Shown here: positions 17,652 through 26,648 of the stretch, in pieces | How positions within the stretch are numbered: the first letter of the stretch is position 1 | How the letters are laid out: every line of letters begins with the position of its first letter | NCBI GenBank assembly: GCA_041288095.1 | Contig: JBGGMJ010000099.1 | Span: 1 to 64,000, forward strand | Direction of reading: 5' to 3' | DNA from: Myxococcota bacterium | GTDB lineage: Bacteria; Myxococcota; XYA12-FULL-58-9; JALHOP01 | Length of the DNA: 64,000 nt | Made by a program: the position numbers and the translations under genes | Notes under the pieces: model-generated | The model's input: only the letters and a program-made list of their open reading frames with translations | Told to the model about the DNA's origin: nothing | The model's database searches: none

Positions 17652-18271
17652 CGTCCGACCTCAGCGAGATAGCGCTGGAGCTCGTCGATCGACGTGATTG
17701 CTTTCGCGGACGATTGCTCGATCACCGGGCCAGTGCGCACGATGCCGGCGTAGACGCGACCGTGCAACGCGAGGGTTCGCGCGATGGCCTCGGAGTCGAG
17801 GACCTTATACCGGTCCAGCTTTGCTTCGTCGGGCGGCGCCGATAACGGCAGCGGCTCGATGGCGAACATGATGTCGAGGTTTTTCCGGGCCGCGTCCGCC
17901 TGTTGCTTCATCGCCCGCATATCGCTGATCGAGACGCGTTCGTACGCCGAGCGCACCGCCGCCAGATGCGCGTCGCGTTCCGCCTTGGTCGCCTTGGCCG
18001 TCGCGACTTTGACCGCCTTCTCGCTCGGCGCCGAGGCGAGCACGCCGGCCTCGAGCGCGAGGGTGAAGCTACCGCCGAGGGCCGCGCAGGCGATGCCAGT
18101 GGCGATCCAGTAAGGACGGACGAGGCGTCGCAGGCGCTTGGAGACGCGCCGAGGACTGTTCACGACGACCGCTGGAACCTTGGCTTCGCTCACCGGCACG
18201 ACGGGCGACAGGTCCGACGCTAGCGACGACGTGTGGCTCTGCGTGCGCACGATCGGGCCTGGACCAGTCAT
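17648..18271 (-). CDS. Hypothetical protein, paralog 2 of the triplet
   Basis: LALHGRVYAG...SAKAITSIDELQRYL. Start reassigned to ATG 18271 (207 aa, matching paralog 1 and lying just after a CGATAA box). Confidence 0.78.
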   Translation of the reverse strand: MTGPGPIVRTQSHTSSLASDLSPVVPVSEAKVPAVVVNSPRRVSKRLRRLVRPYWIATGIACAALGGSFTLALEAGVLASAPSEKAVKVATAKATKAERDAHLAAVRSAYERVSISDMRAMKQQADAARKNLDIMFAIEPLPLSAPPDEAKLDRYKVLDSEAIARTLALHGRVYAGIVRTGPVIEQSSAKAITSIDELQRYLAEVGR

Positions 18272-18279
18272 GGCCCCAG

Positions 18280-18307
18280 TTATCGCGGGCGCCGACGAAC
18301 CGGTCAC
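18280..18307 (-). promoter_or_regulatory. Degenerate copy of the alternative-sigma motif (GTGACC-N15-GCGATAA)
   Basis: Ends 8 nt before ATG 18271; CGATAACT is identical to the box upstream of paralog 3. Confidence 0.4.
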
Positions 18308-18373
18308 ACATTCGTCAGTGCCGACGGGGCTTCCTGCTGTGGTCGCACGCACACGCGAGCGCGACCCGGCGCT

Positions 18374-19042
18374 CTAGCGAAACAGGTTCAAGTACGAGCG
18401 CAGCGCTTCGTACGAGATGATCGCTTCAGCGGAGCTGGCATCGACGACTTGATAGTTGCCTTGCGCGGGCGGCGGCTTCGGGATGCTGGTGAGCGAGCCC
18501 ACGTAAATGCGTCCATGGCGCGCGAGCGCACCGTCGACAGCGCCAGCGCTCAAACGCAGATGAGTCTCTGGCTGCGGCCCAGGCGGGGCCGGAAGCTCCA
18601 GCGGCTCGACGACGAAACCGTAGCCACTGTCTCTCGCGCGTTCTGCTAGCTCTCGGAGGCGGGTGACTTCCGCGGGCGGCAGCTGCGAGAGCCGATCGCG
18701 CAGCGCCGAAAGACGATCAGGATCATCGTGCGCGAGCTCGACTGGTGTCTCTTCGTGCTCGACGATATCCGCGTTCGCCTGCGAGCCCTTGCGACCGCCG
18801 GGGGCGAAAGCGGCGATGCGGCCGGTGTGCAGCAGCACCGCGATGCCGGCGTGAATCGCGGCGTGGGCCGGCGTGACCACGAATGGTGGCGGCAGAGGCG
18901 CGGAGCGGACGCGATCGAACGATCGCCGGCGCGCGGGTTTGACCGCGGGCGACGCATTTTCCTGCAGAGCCGCCGGAGCCGTCGCGGGAGCGATCGGAAA
19001 GGACACCGCAGCGGCTTTGCCGCCTACGCCTTCGACGCTCAT
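18374..19042 (-). CDS. Hypothetical protein, paralog 3 of the triplet
   Basis: LARHGRIYVG...SAEAIISYEALRSYL; leader MSVEGVGGKAAAVS. Confidence 0.8.
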   Translation of the reverse strand: MSVEGVGGKAAAVSFPIAPATAPAALQENASPAVKPARRRSFDRVRSAPLPPPFVVTPAHAAIHAGIAVLLHTGRIAAFAPGGRKGSQANADIVEHEETPVELAHDDPDRLSALRDRLSQLPPAEVTRLRELAERARDSGYGFVVEPLELPAPPGPQPETHLRLSAGAVDGALARHGRIYVGSLTSIPKPPPAQGNYQVVDASSAEAIISYEALRSYLNLFR

Positions 19043-19081
19043 CTCTGCACAGTTCCGAGGCTCTTCATTGAACTGCCGGAG

Positions 19082-19108
19082 TTATCGAGCCCGGGGGCCA
19101 CGAGTTGT
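19082..19108 (-). promoter_or_regulatory. Putative alternative-sigma promoter, strong copy (ACAACT-N14-TCGATAA)
   Basis: Lies 39 nt upstream of ATG 19042 at the head of the paralog triplet. Confidence 0.6.
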
Positions 19109-19207
19109 CTGCCGTGCCGTACGCGGTTTGTGTCACCTTGGCATTTTGCCAGGGAAATCAGGCCGTTTCACGGATACGAGCGGAAAAGACCTGACACTTT
19201 ATCAGGG

Positions 19208-19810
19208 TCAAAGGCCCGCCGGGCAGCCCTGGACGTGGTCGTCGACCATCCCCATGGCCTGCATGAAGGCGTAAGCGGTCGTCGGCCCGACGAAGCTGAA
19301 ACCGCGTTTCTTGAGCTCCTTGGACAAGCGCTTGGACTCCTCGCTCGTCGTGTTGTTGCGTAGCTCCTTCAAGGTCCAGCGCCGGCCGCGCGCCGCCGGC
19401 CTGAAGCTCCAGACGAAGGTGTCGAAGTCGCCCTGCTTGGGAAAGTGCTCGAGCAAGCGCCGCGCGTTGTTGATAGTCGACTCGATCTTACCGCGATGGC
19501 GGACGATGCCGGCGTCGCCCAGCAAGCGCTTGACGTCCCTCGCGCCGAACGCCGCCACCTTCTTGGGATCGAAGCCGGCGAAGGCTCCGCGGAAGTTGTC
19601 GCGTTTCTTGAGGATGGTGAACCACGAGAGGCCGGACTGAAAACCCTCGAGGCACAGCTTCTCGAACAGTCGTGTGTCGGAGTGCACGGCCGTGCCCCAC
19701 TCGTCGTCGTGGTAGCGCCGATAGATCGGGTCGTCCGAGCACCAGAAGCAGCGCACGACGCCGTCGTCGTGAAGCCGCAAGCCGTCCGCGAGTCGCGCTG
19801 GTTTGGCCAT
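19208..19810 (-). CDS. tag: DNA-3-methyladenine glycosylase I
   Basis: RCFWC, YHDDEWG, LEGFQSGLSW, IVRHRGKI, GFSFVGPTT and DDHVQGC motifs. Confidence 0.95.
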   Translation of the reverse strand: MAKPARLADGLRLHDDGVVRCFWCSDDPIYRRYHDDEWGTAVHSDTRLFEKLCLEGFQSGLSWFTILKKRDNFRGAFAGFDPKKVAAFGARDVKRLLGDAGIVRHRGKIESTINNARRLLEHFPKQGDFDTFVWSFRPAARGRRWTLKELRNNTTSEESKRLSKELKKRGFSFVGPTTAYAFMQAMGMVDDHVQGCPAGL

Positions 19811-19901
19811 TGGTGCCTTTTTACACGAATGTGCCTTCTACGTTACGGCCCTCCGTTGCGGGAGCTTGACCAAGGTGTTAGAGGCGGGGCGGCCTGAAAC
19901 T

Positions 19902-19973
19902 GGGCCCATAGCTCAGCGGTAGAGCCGTCGGCTCATAACCGATAGGTCCCAGGTTCGATCCCTGGTGGGCCCA
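19902..19973 (+). tRNA. tRNA with CAU anticodon, most likely tRNA-Ile2 (lysidine-modified)
   Basis: GGGCCCA TAGCTCAGCGGTAGAGC ... GTCGG CT CAT AA CCGAT ... GGTTCGATCC ... TGGGCCC-A. Paired G1-C72 excludes fMet. Confidence 0.92.
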
Positions 19974-19998
19974 TTCGACGTCCGGAGGGTTTCTCGGC

Positions 19999-20742
19999 GT
20001 GCTTCAGCAGATGCTCGACTTGTACGAAATTCAAAAGATCGATCTCGGTATCCGCGACGTGCAGAAACGTCTCGACGAGATTCCCAAAGACCTCCGCCGA
20101 CTCGAGTCCCAGACCGGCGACCTGAAGCACGAAGTCGACAAGACCCGTCTCGAGCGCGACGCGCTCCTTCGCGAGATCAAAACTCTCGAAGACAGCGTCG
20201 TGATGGAGAACCAGAAGCACAAGAAGTGGGAATCGCGCCTCGCCGAGATCCGCAACCAACGTGAGTACCTGGCACTCTCCCGCGAGATCGAGGGCGGCAA
20301 GAGGCAGAACCGCGAAGCCGAAGAGAAGGTGCAGGAGCTCAAGAAGCGCCAGGCCGAGCTCGAGAAGAAGCTCGGCGACATGCAGACGCAGGTGTCCTCG
20401 CAAGAAGGCGAAGCCACCAGCGAGCGCACCAAGGTCGACACCGACGTCAACGCGGTGAAGGAAAAGCTCACGAGCGAGACTCAGCGCCGCGACGAGCTGC
20501 TCCCCAAGATTCCGCGGCCGCTGCTCGCCAAGTACGACTCGATCCGGGCCAAGCGCTTGGGCATCGGCATCGTCCCGGTGATCGGTGGCTTGTGCCAGGG
20601 CTGCAACATGCGGATCCCGCCACAGCTCTTCAACATCCTGCAACGCGGCCAAACCGTCGAGCAGTGCCCCAGCTGCCAGCGCATCATCTTCTGGGACAAA
20701 CTCCTCGCCACCGGTGGCACCGCCGCCGCGCCGGCGAGCTAG
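19999..20742 (+). CDS. Coiled-coil protein with C-terminal C4 zinc ribbon (DUF164/CT398-like)
   Basis: LYEIQKID start, long coiled coil, CQGCNMRIPPQ...CPSCQRII. Confidence 0.92.
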   Translation: MLQQMLDLYEIQKIDLGIRDVQKRLDEIPKDLRRLESQTGDLKHEVDKTRLERDALLREIKTLEDSVVMENQKHKKWESRLAEIRNQREYLALSREIEGGKRQNREAEEKVQELKKRQAELEKKLGDMQTQVSSQEGEATSERTKVDTDVNAVKEKLTSETQRRDELLPKIPRPLLAKYDSIRAKRLGIGIVPVIGGLCQGCNMRIPPQLFNILQRGQTVEQCPSCQRIIFWDKLLATGGTAAAPAS

Positions 20743-20761
20743 CCAAAAAAGGCGACCCGCC

Positions 20762-21400
20762 ATGTCGTCACGCCGCCGCCGCGATCCGGATCCGCTCGAG
20801 CTCATCACTTTCATCGCTGATCACGAGTCGCTGACTCTGTCGCGTGACGAGTTCTCGGGTGTGACCGAAGAGCGGCTGCGCTCGATCTTGCGGGCTTTCG
20901 TGGCGGAAGTCACCGGCGTTCCGCCAAAGCGGACGAACCTGGCGGCGGCCACCGTGGCGGCTAAGAACGAGCCCAAGAAGGCGGCGAACCGCGTCGTCCT
21001 CTTCACCGACGGCGCCTCGCGCGGCAATCCCGGCCCAGCCGGCGCTGGCTGGGTGATCACGGACGAGTCCGGCGAGACGCTGGGCAAAGGCGGAGCCTTC
21101 CTCGGCCGCCGCACCAACAACGAAGCCGAATACGAAGCGGTGATCCGCGGACTGCACGCCTGCCTCGAGACCGGCGCCAACGAGGTCTATCTGCGCAGCG
21201 ACAGCGAGCTGCTCGTGAAGCAGATCAACGGCACCTACCGCGTCAAAGAAGAACGTTTGCAGGCGCTCTATCACCAGGCGCGGGAGAAGCTGCAGAAGTT
21301 CCGCCGCTTCGACGTGAAGCATGTACCGCGCGAGCAAAACTCCGCGGCCGATGCTCAGGCGAACCAGGCCATCGACCAGGGCCCGTCGATCGCGGTCTAA
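20762..21400 (+). CDS. rnhA: Ribonuclease HI with an N-terminal extension
   Basis: FTDGASRGNPG, TNNEAEY, SDSELL and HVPREQNSAAD; all four catalytic acidic residues are present. Confidence 0.93.
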   Translation: MSSRRRRDPDPLELITFIADHESLTLSRDEFSGVTEERLRSILRAFVAEVTGVPPKRTNLAAATVAAKNEPKKAANRVVLFTDGASRGNPGPAGAGWVITDESGETLGKGGAFLGRRTNNEAEYEAVIRGLHACLETGANEVYLRSDSELLVKQINGTYRVKEERLQALYHQAREKLQKFRRFDVKHVPREQNSAADAQANQAIDQGPSIAV

Positions 21401-22320
21401 TCGGTAAGACCCGCGGCTGCCTGGACGAGCTGCTCGCGCAGGAAGCGATGCGCGGGATCGGTGTCGGTACGCTCGTGCCACACCATGGCGACGCGAAAAC
21501 CGGGCAGGGCGACCGGCGGCGGCACCTGCACGAGAGGCAATCGCCGCATGAAGACCCGCGCGATGCGGGACGCGAGGGTGATGATGAGGTCGGTTTTCGC
21601 GACCACCTGCGGCGCCACCAGGAAGTTCGCTGTCGTGAAAGCGATGTGGCGAGAGCGTCCGACCTTGGCGAGCGCGTCGTCGACGGCGCCGCCGGGGCGT
21701 CCACTCGGGGCGATGAAGGCGTGCTGCGCTTCGGCGTAGCGGGCCACCGTGAGCCTCCGGCGAGCCAGGGGATGGCCCTTGCGCATGACCACCACGAACT
21801 CGTCCCTCCAGAGGTCGACGCTGCGCACGCCGGCGCGGCCCGCGTAGATTTCTGGTGGCGCGATCATCAGATCGAGCTCGGCATTGGCGAGGGCGAGGCC
21901 GTCGTCCGCTGGAGGGGATCGCGCCCAGATGTCCATGTTAGGGCCGGCGGAGGCGAGCTTCCCCATGAGGACCGGCATGATGATGTGCTCGGCGTAATCG
22001 CTGCTACCGATCCTGAAGGTGCGGCGGGCAGTCAGCGGGTCGAAGCCGATGGGCGCGAAGAAGGTGCTCTCGATGGCGGAGAGCGCGGACGCCAGTGTGC
22101 CCGCCATCGCTTCGGCGCGCGCTGTCGGCACGAGCCCACGAGGCGTGCGCACGAACAGGGGATCGCCGAGCAGATGGCGCAGGCGAGCCAGTGCGTGGCT
22201 GGTCGCCGATTGACTCAGGGCCAGGCGCTTGCCGGCGCGTGAGACGCTGCGCTCTTCCAGCAGGGCGTGCAGCACCAGCGCCAAGTTCATGTCGATGCCC
22301 GAGATATGCATGCCATGCAT
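21397..22320 (-). CDS. LysR-family transcriptional regulator
   Basis: IDMNLALVL...SVSRAG..LALSQSATSHALARLR...DPLFVRT; divergent from the NmrA-like gene. Confidence 0.93.
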   Translation of the reverse strand: MHGMHISGIDMNLALVLHALLEERSVSRAGKRLALSQSATSHALARLRHLLGDPLFVRTPRGLVPTARAEAMAGTLASALSAIESTFFAPIGFDPLTARRTFRIGSSDYAEHIIMPVLMGKLASAGPNMDIWARSPPADDGLALANAELDLMIAPPEIYAGRAGVRSVDLWRDEFVVVMRKGHPLARRRLTVARYAEAQHAFIAPSGRPGGAVDDALAKVGRSRHIAFTTANFLVAPQVVAKTDLIITLASRIARVFMRRLPLVQVPPPVALPGFRVAMVWHERTDTDPAHRFLREQLVQAAAGLTD

Positions 22321-22395
22321 GATGCACACAGGATCATTGCATTGGCCACATGTGAAGCGCGGGCGTAGGTTTCTCTCGGACAAAAGGAGAACCCC

Positions 22396-23250
22396 ATGAC
22401 GTTCGCAATCGCAGGTACCTCGGGACGCACCGGAAAAATCATCGCCGACTCGCTGCTCGCCGCGGGCAAGAAGGTCCGCGTCATCGTGCGCGACGCCGCC
22501 AAGGGCGAGGAGTGGAAGCGCCGTGGCGCCGAAGTCGCGGTCGCTGATCTCACGGATGCGAAGGCGCTCGCCCGGGCGCTCGAGGGCGCGAGCGGCGCCT
22601 ACCTCTTGGTGCCGCCGGCATTCACCGACGACTATCGCCGCCAGCAGGATGAGACATCGAAGGCCTTGGCGGCCGCGTTGGCCACCAGCCGCGTCCCGCA
22701 TGTCGTCCTGCTCTCGTCGATCGGCGCGCAGCACGCGAGCGGCACCGGGCCGATCGCTGGTCTCCATGCCACCGAGAACCTCTTCGCCAAGATCCCGGGC
22801 ACGGTCTTCACCTTCCTGCGTGCCGCCTATTTCGTCGAGAACATCGGCGCGTCGTTAGGTGCCGTTCGCGAGGCTGGTGTCCTGCCGTCCTTCTTTCCCG
22901 CGGACCTGCGCTTCCCGATGACCAACACCACCGACATCGGCAAGCAGGCAGCGCGGCTCCTGCTCGAGCCGCCGGCGAAATCGAGCATCGTCGAGCTCGG
23001 CACCGACCGCTCGTTCGCCGAGCTTGCGACGACGCTCGCGCGCATCACCGGCAAACAAGTGACGGTGCAGGAAGCGCCGCTCTCCGTGATGGTCGAGACG
23101 CTGACCGGATTCGGCTTTCCACGCGGGCTTGCCGAGCTCTACCACGAGATGACCGGCGCGATTCGAACGGGCCATGTCCGCTTCGACGGACACAAGCGCG
23201 TCGAGGACGGTGAGCCGCTCGAGCGCACCTTGAAGCAGCTCTTGGGCTAG
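22396..23250 (+). CDS. NmrA-like NAD(P)-binding SDR protein
   Basis: N-terminal GTSGRTG Rossmann motif, VVLLSSIGA; AAGGAG RBS. Confidence 0.9.
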   Translation: MTFAIAGTSGRTGKIIADSLLAAGKKVRVIVRDAAKGEEWKRRGAEVAVADLTDAKALARALEGASGAYLLVPPAFTDDYRRQQDETSKALAAALATSRVPHVVLLSSIGAQHASGTGPIAGLHATENLFAKIPGTVFTFLRAAYFVENIGASLGAVREAGVLPSFFPADLRFPMTNTTDIGKQAARLLLEPPAKSSIVELGTDRSFAELATTLARITGKQVTVQEAPLSVMVETLTGFGFPRGLAELYHEMTGAIRTGHVRFDGHKRVEDGEPLERTLKQLLG

Positions 23251-23254
23251 CGGC

Positions 23255-24781
23255 TCACTTCGACAGCGCTGGCCAGGAGACCTGGGCTTCGAGAGGCAGG
23301 TCCAGGACGAGACTGGCGGAACCGCCGGACTCGACCGACTCCGCCTTCGCGTTGATGCCGATCTTGCCCGGTCGCACGGTGAGCTTGTTGCCGCCGAGAT
23401 CGAGCTGGCCGCCCTGGACTTTGACGTCGATCGAGCCGTCAGCGCCTCGTGCGACGATGCCTGTCTTGCCGACGGCGAGCTCCGCCAACTTGAAAGTGGC
23501 GCTCGACGGGTTGCCCAAGGCGAGAGTGAAGCGCGGACTCGCCGCGGCGGCGTCGTTCAAGCCGAGGGTTGCCTCGACGTTGTTGGCCGTAACGCTGAGC
23601 GAGCCGTCCTTCGCGAAGGCGATCTTGAGCTCGGAGGAGACATCGGCGCTGGTCTTGGCGTCGAGCGATAGCGAGTCACCGACGAACACCGAGAGCTGAC
23701 CGGCGATGGCGCGGCAGATCTGCAAGTCGCCGGCGTCGACGACCAGGCGTTGATCGCGATAGGCGATGGTCATGCCGTTGGCCGCGATAGCGTTTTCGGT
23801 CGGCTTCAAGGCTATGGTGGCGGCGATCGAGGCGTCGAGCTTGCCGGACGTCTTGCCGGTGAGGGCGCCACTGACGTCACGCGCGAGCGCGCCCGCGAGC
23901 TTCAAGGTGCCGCGGCCTGCGGGTGATTGGATCTCGGCGCCGTCGGTGCCGATCTTGACGGTCTCGGCCGCGCCGTTGAGCTCGAGCTTGAAGTCGGCCT
24001 TTTCGACCATGCCGCCGAGCGTCGCGATGAGCTGACGTGGGTCCATCGTCGGCAGCTTGGGGAGGCTCGAGGGTTTGCCGCCACCGAAGAAGCGGTTGAG
24101 ATGGAGATCATAGCGAGGCAACACAGCCGTCGGAATGGCGTTCTCGAGAGGGCTCTCGCCGAAGATCGGCTTCTTCAAAATGCCGTACGGCTGCAGCTGG
24201 CCGGCGGCGTCGATCGCGAGACGTTTTATCTTCACGCCGACGGCACCGCTGACGAAGCTCCCGACGAGTCCGCCACCCAGCAAGAGCCCGGGATTGAGCA
24301 CTTCGAGAGGCTTGCTGAAGTCGATGCTGACGTCACAGAGCAACAAGCCCTTCGACGTCGGCTTGAGCTTGGCGCTGACCGTCGCGATCGTGCCCGGGGA
24401 CACGCGGAGCTGAATTGGCTCGTCCTTGCCGATATCCAAGGAGACGGTACCCGCACGCAGCGGCACGGTCGCCGCGAGCTTGCCGCCGCTGACGCTGTGG
24501 TGCGCCATCTCGCAGAGACTGACGGCGTCGACAGTGACGAATGCCGACTTCAACGATTCTTTCACCGTGCTCGGGTGGAGGGCCGTGGTGCTGGGAGCGA
24601 CGCCGCGTTCTTCGGCGGCGAAGCGAGCGAGCTCGGGACCGGGTGCAGGGGGGTCGGGTCGGATGGCGCGTTTCGCGCGTGCGGCGCCTTTCTCGGGTTG
24701 CGACTGCTCGCCGACGGTCGTGGCGGCGGAAGCGGAAGCGGGGTTCGCAAGGCGAGAGAGCTCCGAATTTCGCATCGACAT
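23255..24781 (-). CDS. Hypothetical beta-strand-rich protein with a disordered N-terminal leader
   Basis: 508-aa ORF with host-like codon usage; about 70 aa of low-complexity leader, then extended beta strands. May start at ATG 24775. Confidence 0.72.
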   Translation of the reverse strand: MSMRNSELSRLANPASASAATTVGEQSQPEKGAARAKRAIRPDPPAPGPELARFAAEERGVAPSTTALHPSTVKESLKSAFVTVDAVSLCEMAHHSVSGGKLAATVPLRAGTVSLDIGKDEPIQLRVSPGTIATVSAKLKPTSKGLLLCDVSIDFSKPLEVLNPGLLLGGGLVGSFVSGAVGVKIKRLAIDAAGQLQPYGILKKPIFGESPLENAIPTAVLPRYDLHLNRFFGGGKPSSLPKLPTMDPRQLIATLGGMVEKADFKLELNGAAETVKIGTDGAEIQSPAGRGTLKLAGALARDVSGALTGKTSGKLDASIAATIALKPTENAIAANGMTIAYRDQRLVVDAGDLQICRAIAGQLSVFVGDSLSLDAKTSADVSSELKIAFAKDGSLSVTANNVEATLGLNDAAAASPRFTLALGNPSSATFKLAELAVGKTGIVARGADGSIDVKVQGGQLDLGGNKLTVRPGKIGINAKAESVESGGSASLVLDLPLEAQVSWPALSK

Positions 24782-24784
24782 CTT

Positions 24785-24812
24785 TTATCGGTGCCGAGCG
24801 GTCGCCTGGCGC
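24785..24812 (-). promoter_or_regulatory. Degenerate copy of the alternative-sigma motif (GCGCCA-N15-CCGATAA)
   Basis: Lies in the 44-nt gap immediately upstream of the 24781/24775 starts. Confidence 0.4.
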
Positions 24813-24825
24813 TTGAAAGTCGAGC

Positions 24826-26082
24826 TTAGAGGTAGCCCACGAAACCGAGGCCGTGGAGCCGACCGCAGAGCTGTTTGGCGGCCTCCAACGCGTCCGGTCC
24901 GACCAGCTCGGAGAGTGTGAGATTTCCGTTCAAGTTGCGCGCAATGACGGGCCAAAGCCCGCTGGGGTCGGCGAAGGCGTAAGAGCGGTTTTGCTTGCGG
25001 ACCCAAGCGTGGGTCACGGCGCCGTTGCCGTCGCGAGTGTCGGCATGGCAGCCGTACGTCGCGCCGTCGATGAGCAGGGGCTTGGCTTCGTCGGATGGTA
25101 GGTCCGCCTCACGCAGCACTTTCACCGGGTCGAAGGCGCGGATCTGCTTTTCGAGCCAGGCGGTCTCGGCCGAGAGGCGTCCCACCCATACATCTAGATC
25201 GATGCCAATGGCGCTGGCCGCGGCCTGAATGTCCGGGAACTCCGGCATCGGGTCGCAGGCGTAACCGAGCATCCGCATCGGGCCGGCGAGCAGCGGCGCG
25301 AGGAGGATACGCAACTCTGGAGCTAGATCGCGCAAGTAACGATTGCGACGCGGCCCTTGGGCCTGGCTGTGCGAGAAGCCGAGGCTTCCTGGGGCGCCGG
25401 GCATGTCCGTCGTAGCGGTTACGGCCGCGTTTTGGGCCGGGTCGAAGGGCAGCCCGACGAAGCGCATCACTTCCTCGAGACGTTCGCGTGGCTCGGCGAC
25501 CAAGTCTTCGTAGCGCAGCCGCAGGACCTTGTCCGCTCCAGCGAACCGCAAGTCCAAGAATGACCGCGTGACATGGTAATACCAGGCGCAGCCGGCGCGC
25601 AGGTGCGGATGCTCGAAGGTCTGCGCGGCCCAGAGCGACAACGGATCCGGGGCGGGGCCCAGGAGGCGCGGGTGATCTTGCTCCGCTTGCAAGGTGAGGC
25701 GCAGATCTTCCATCGAGCATGTGGTGTCGCGGCCGTCGCGCACGCACTGGATGAAGCGAGCGTCCGGGAAGATGGCGAGCACGTAGTCGACCTGCTGCGA
25801 GAGCGTCGAGATCTTCACGACCAGCTGTGACTTGTTGGCGGCGGCGAGCGCCCTGTCGACCGCGTCGTGATATTCGGCGACGAGCTCCGGCGTGGCGTCA
25901 CGCGCAGTGAGACGGAAGTGATCGTCCTCGCCGTGGCGGTGCGGGAACTTCGCGAGGTCGTGGTGAAAGCGATGCAGCTCCGCGCCCAGCGCGAGCACCC
26001 TGGGGTTAAGCCCCAAGGCGTCGAGCATGAGCGTGGTCCCGCCTCGGGGTGGGCCAATCACGAATATGGGCGAGCGATTCAC
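24826..26082 (-). CDS. Sulfotransferase-family protein with a C-terminal extension
   Basis: PIFVIGPPRGGTTLM (5'-PSB loop), FPDARFI..VRDGRDTTCS (3'-PB) and LRYEDLV..P. GTG start at 26082 inferred because the upstream in-frame sequence is rnpB. Confidence 0.85.
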   Translation of the reverse strand: MNRSPIFVIGPPRGGTTLMLDALGLNPRVLALGAELHRFHHDLAKFPHRHGEDDHFRLTARDATPELVAEYHDAVDRALAAANKSQLVVKISTLSQQVDYVLAIFPDARFIQCVRDGRDTTCSMEDLRLTLQAEQDHPRLLGPAPDPLSLWAAQTFEHPHLRAGCAWYYHVTRSFLDLRFAGADKVLRLRYEDLVAEPRERLEEVMRFVGLPFDPAQNAAVTATTDMPGAPGSLGFSHSQAQGPRRNRYLRDLAPELRILLAPLLAGPMRMLGYACDPMPEFPDIQAAASAIGIDLDVWVGRLSAETAWLEKQIRAFDPVKVLREADLPSDEAKPLLIDGATYGCHADTRDGNGAVTHAWVRKQNRSYAFADPSGLWPVIARNLNGNLTLSELVGPDALEAAKQLCGRLHGLGFVGYL

Positions 26083-26508
26083 CGGAGCCGACCTATAAGC
26101 CGAGTTCTGTGCCGCGACTTGCGCCGCGGTGACGACCATTCCTCTAGGCGCGCGATTACTCGAGCGCTCGAGCTGCCGACCCGAACCGTAGGCCAACGAG
26201 CAGCTGGCTGACACACTTTCCGCCGAAACGGACGGCGTGTCTGACGGTTCCTATTTGACATTGCTCCGAGTGGGGTTTGCCTTGCCGGTCCACGTCTCCG
26301 TAACCGCGGTGCGCTCTTACCGCACCTTTTCACCGTGACCGTCGTGCTTGCGCATTGAGACGGCCGTTTGTTTTCTGTGGCACTTTCCGTCGGGTCGCCC
26401 CGCCTGGCCGTTAGCCAGCACTCTTGCTCTCTGGAGCTCGGACTTTCCTCCCGCGACGCCAGCTCTCGAGAGCGCTGGCGTCACCGGCGGTCATCCAGCC
26501 TGCTCCGG
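26082..26508 (-). ncRNA. rnpB: RNase P RNA (type A)
   Basis: On the - strand: GAGGAAAGTCCG, AGTGCCACAGAAA, GGTGAAAAGGTGCGGTAAGAGCGCACC, GGCAAACCCCAC.CGGAGCAA and ACAGAACTCGGCTTA. P1 is formed by CCGGAGC and GCTCCGG. Confidence 0.96.
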
Positions 26509-26648
26509 TGAAGGCGGCATCATAACACGCCGCACCCACATTGGGGAGTGTAGCCGCCATAGCGTCTCAAACCTCGCATGGCGCGTCCCTCGAAACCGGG
26601 CTAAACCGACGTCTGCAGCTCAAAAGGACCCCGTAACCAGGATTGCTC

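Noticed and set aside
19902..19973. tRNA-Met or fMet assignment
   Set aside because: Paired G1-C72 and absence of the three G-C anticodon-stem pairs exclude fMet. The GGGCCC acceptor stem fits Ile2 better, though elongator Met is not formally excluded.
26083..26214. N-terminal 44 aa of the 462-aa ORF (24826-26214)
   Set aside because: This stretch is RNase P RNA sequence read in frame by chance; sulfotransferase similarity starts at VNRSPIF.
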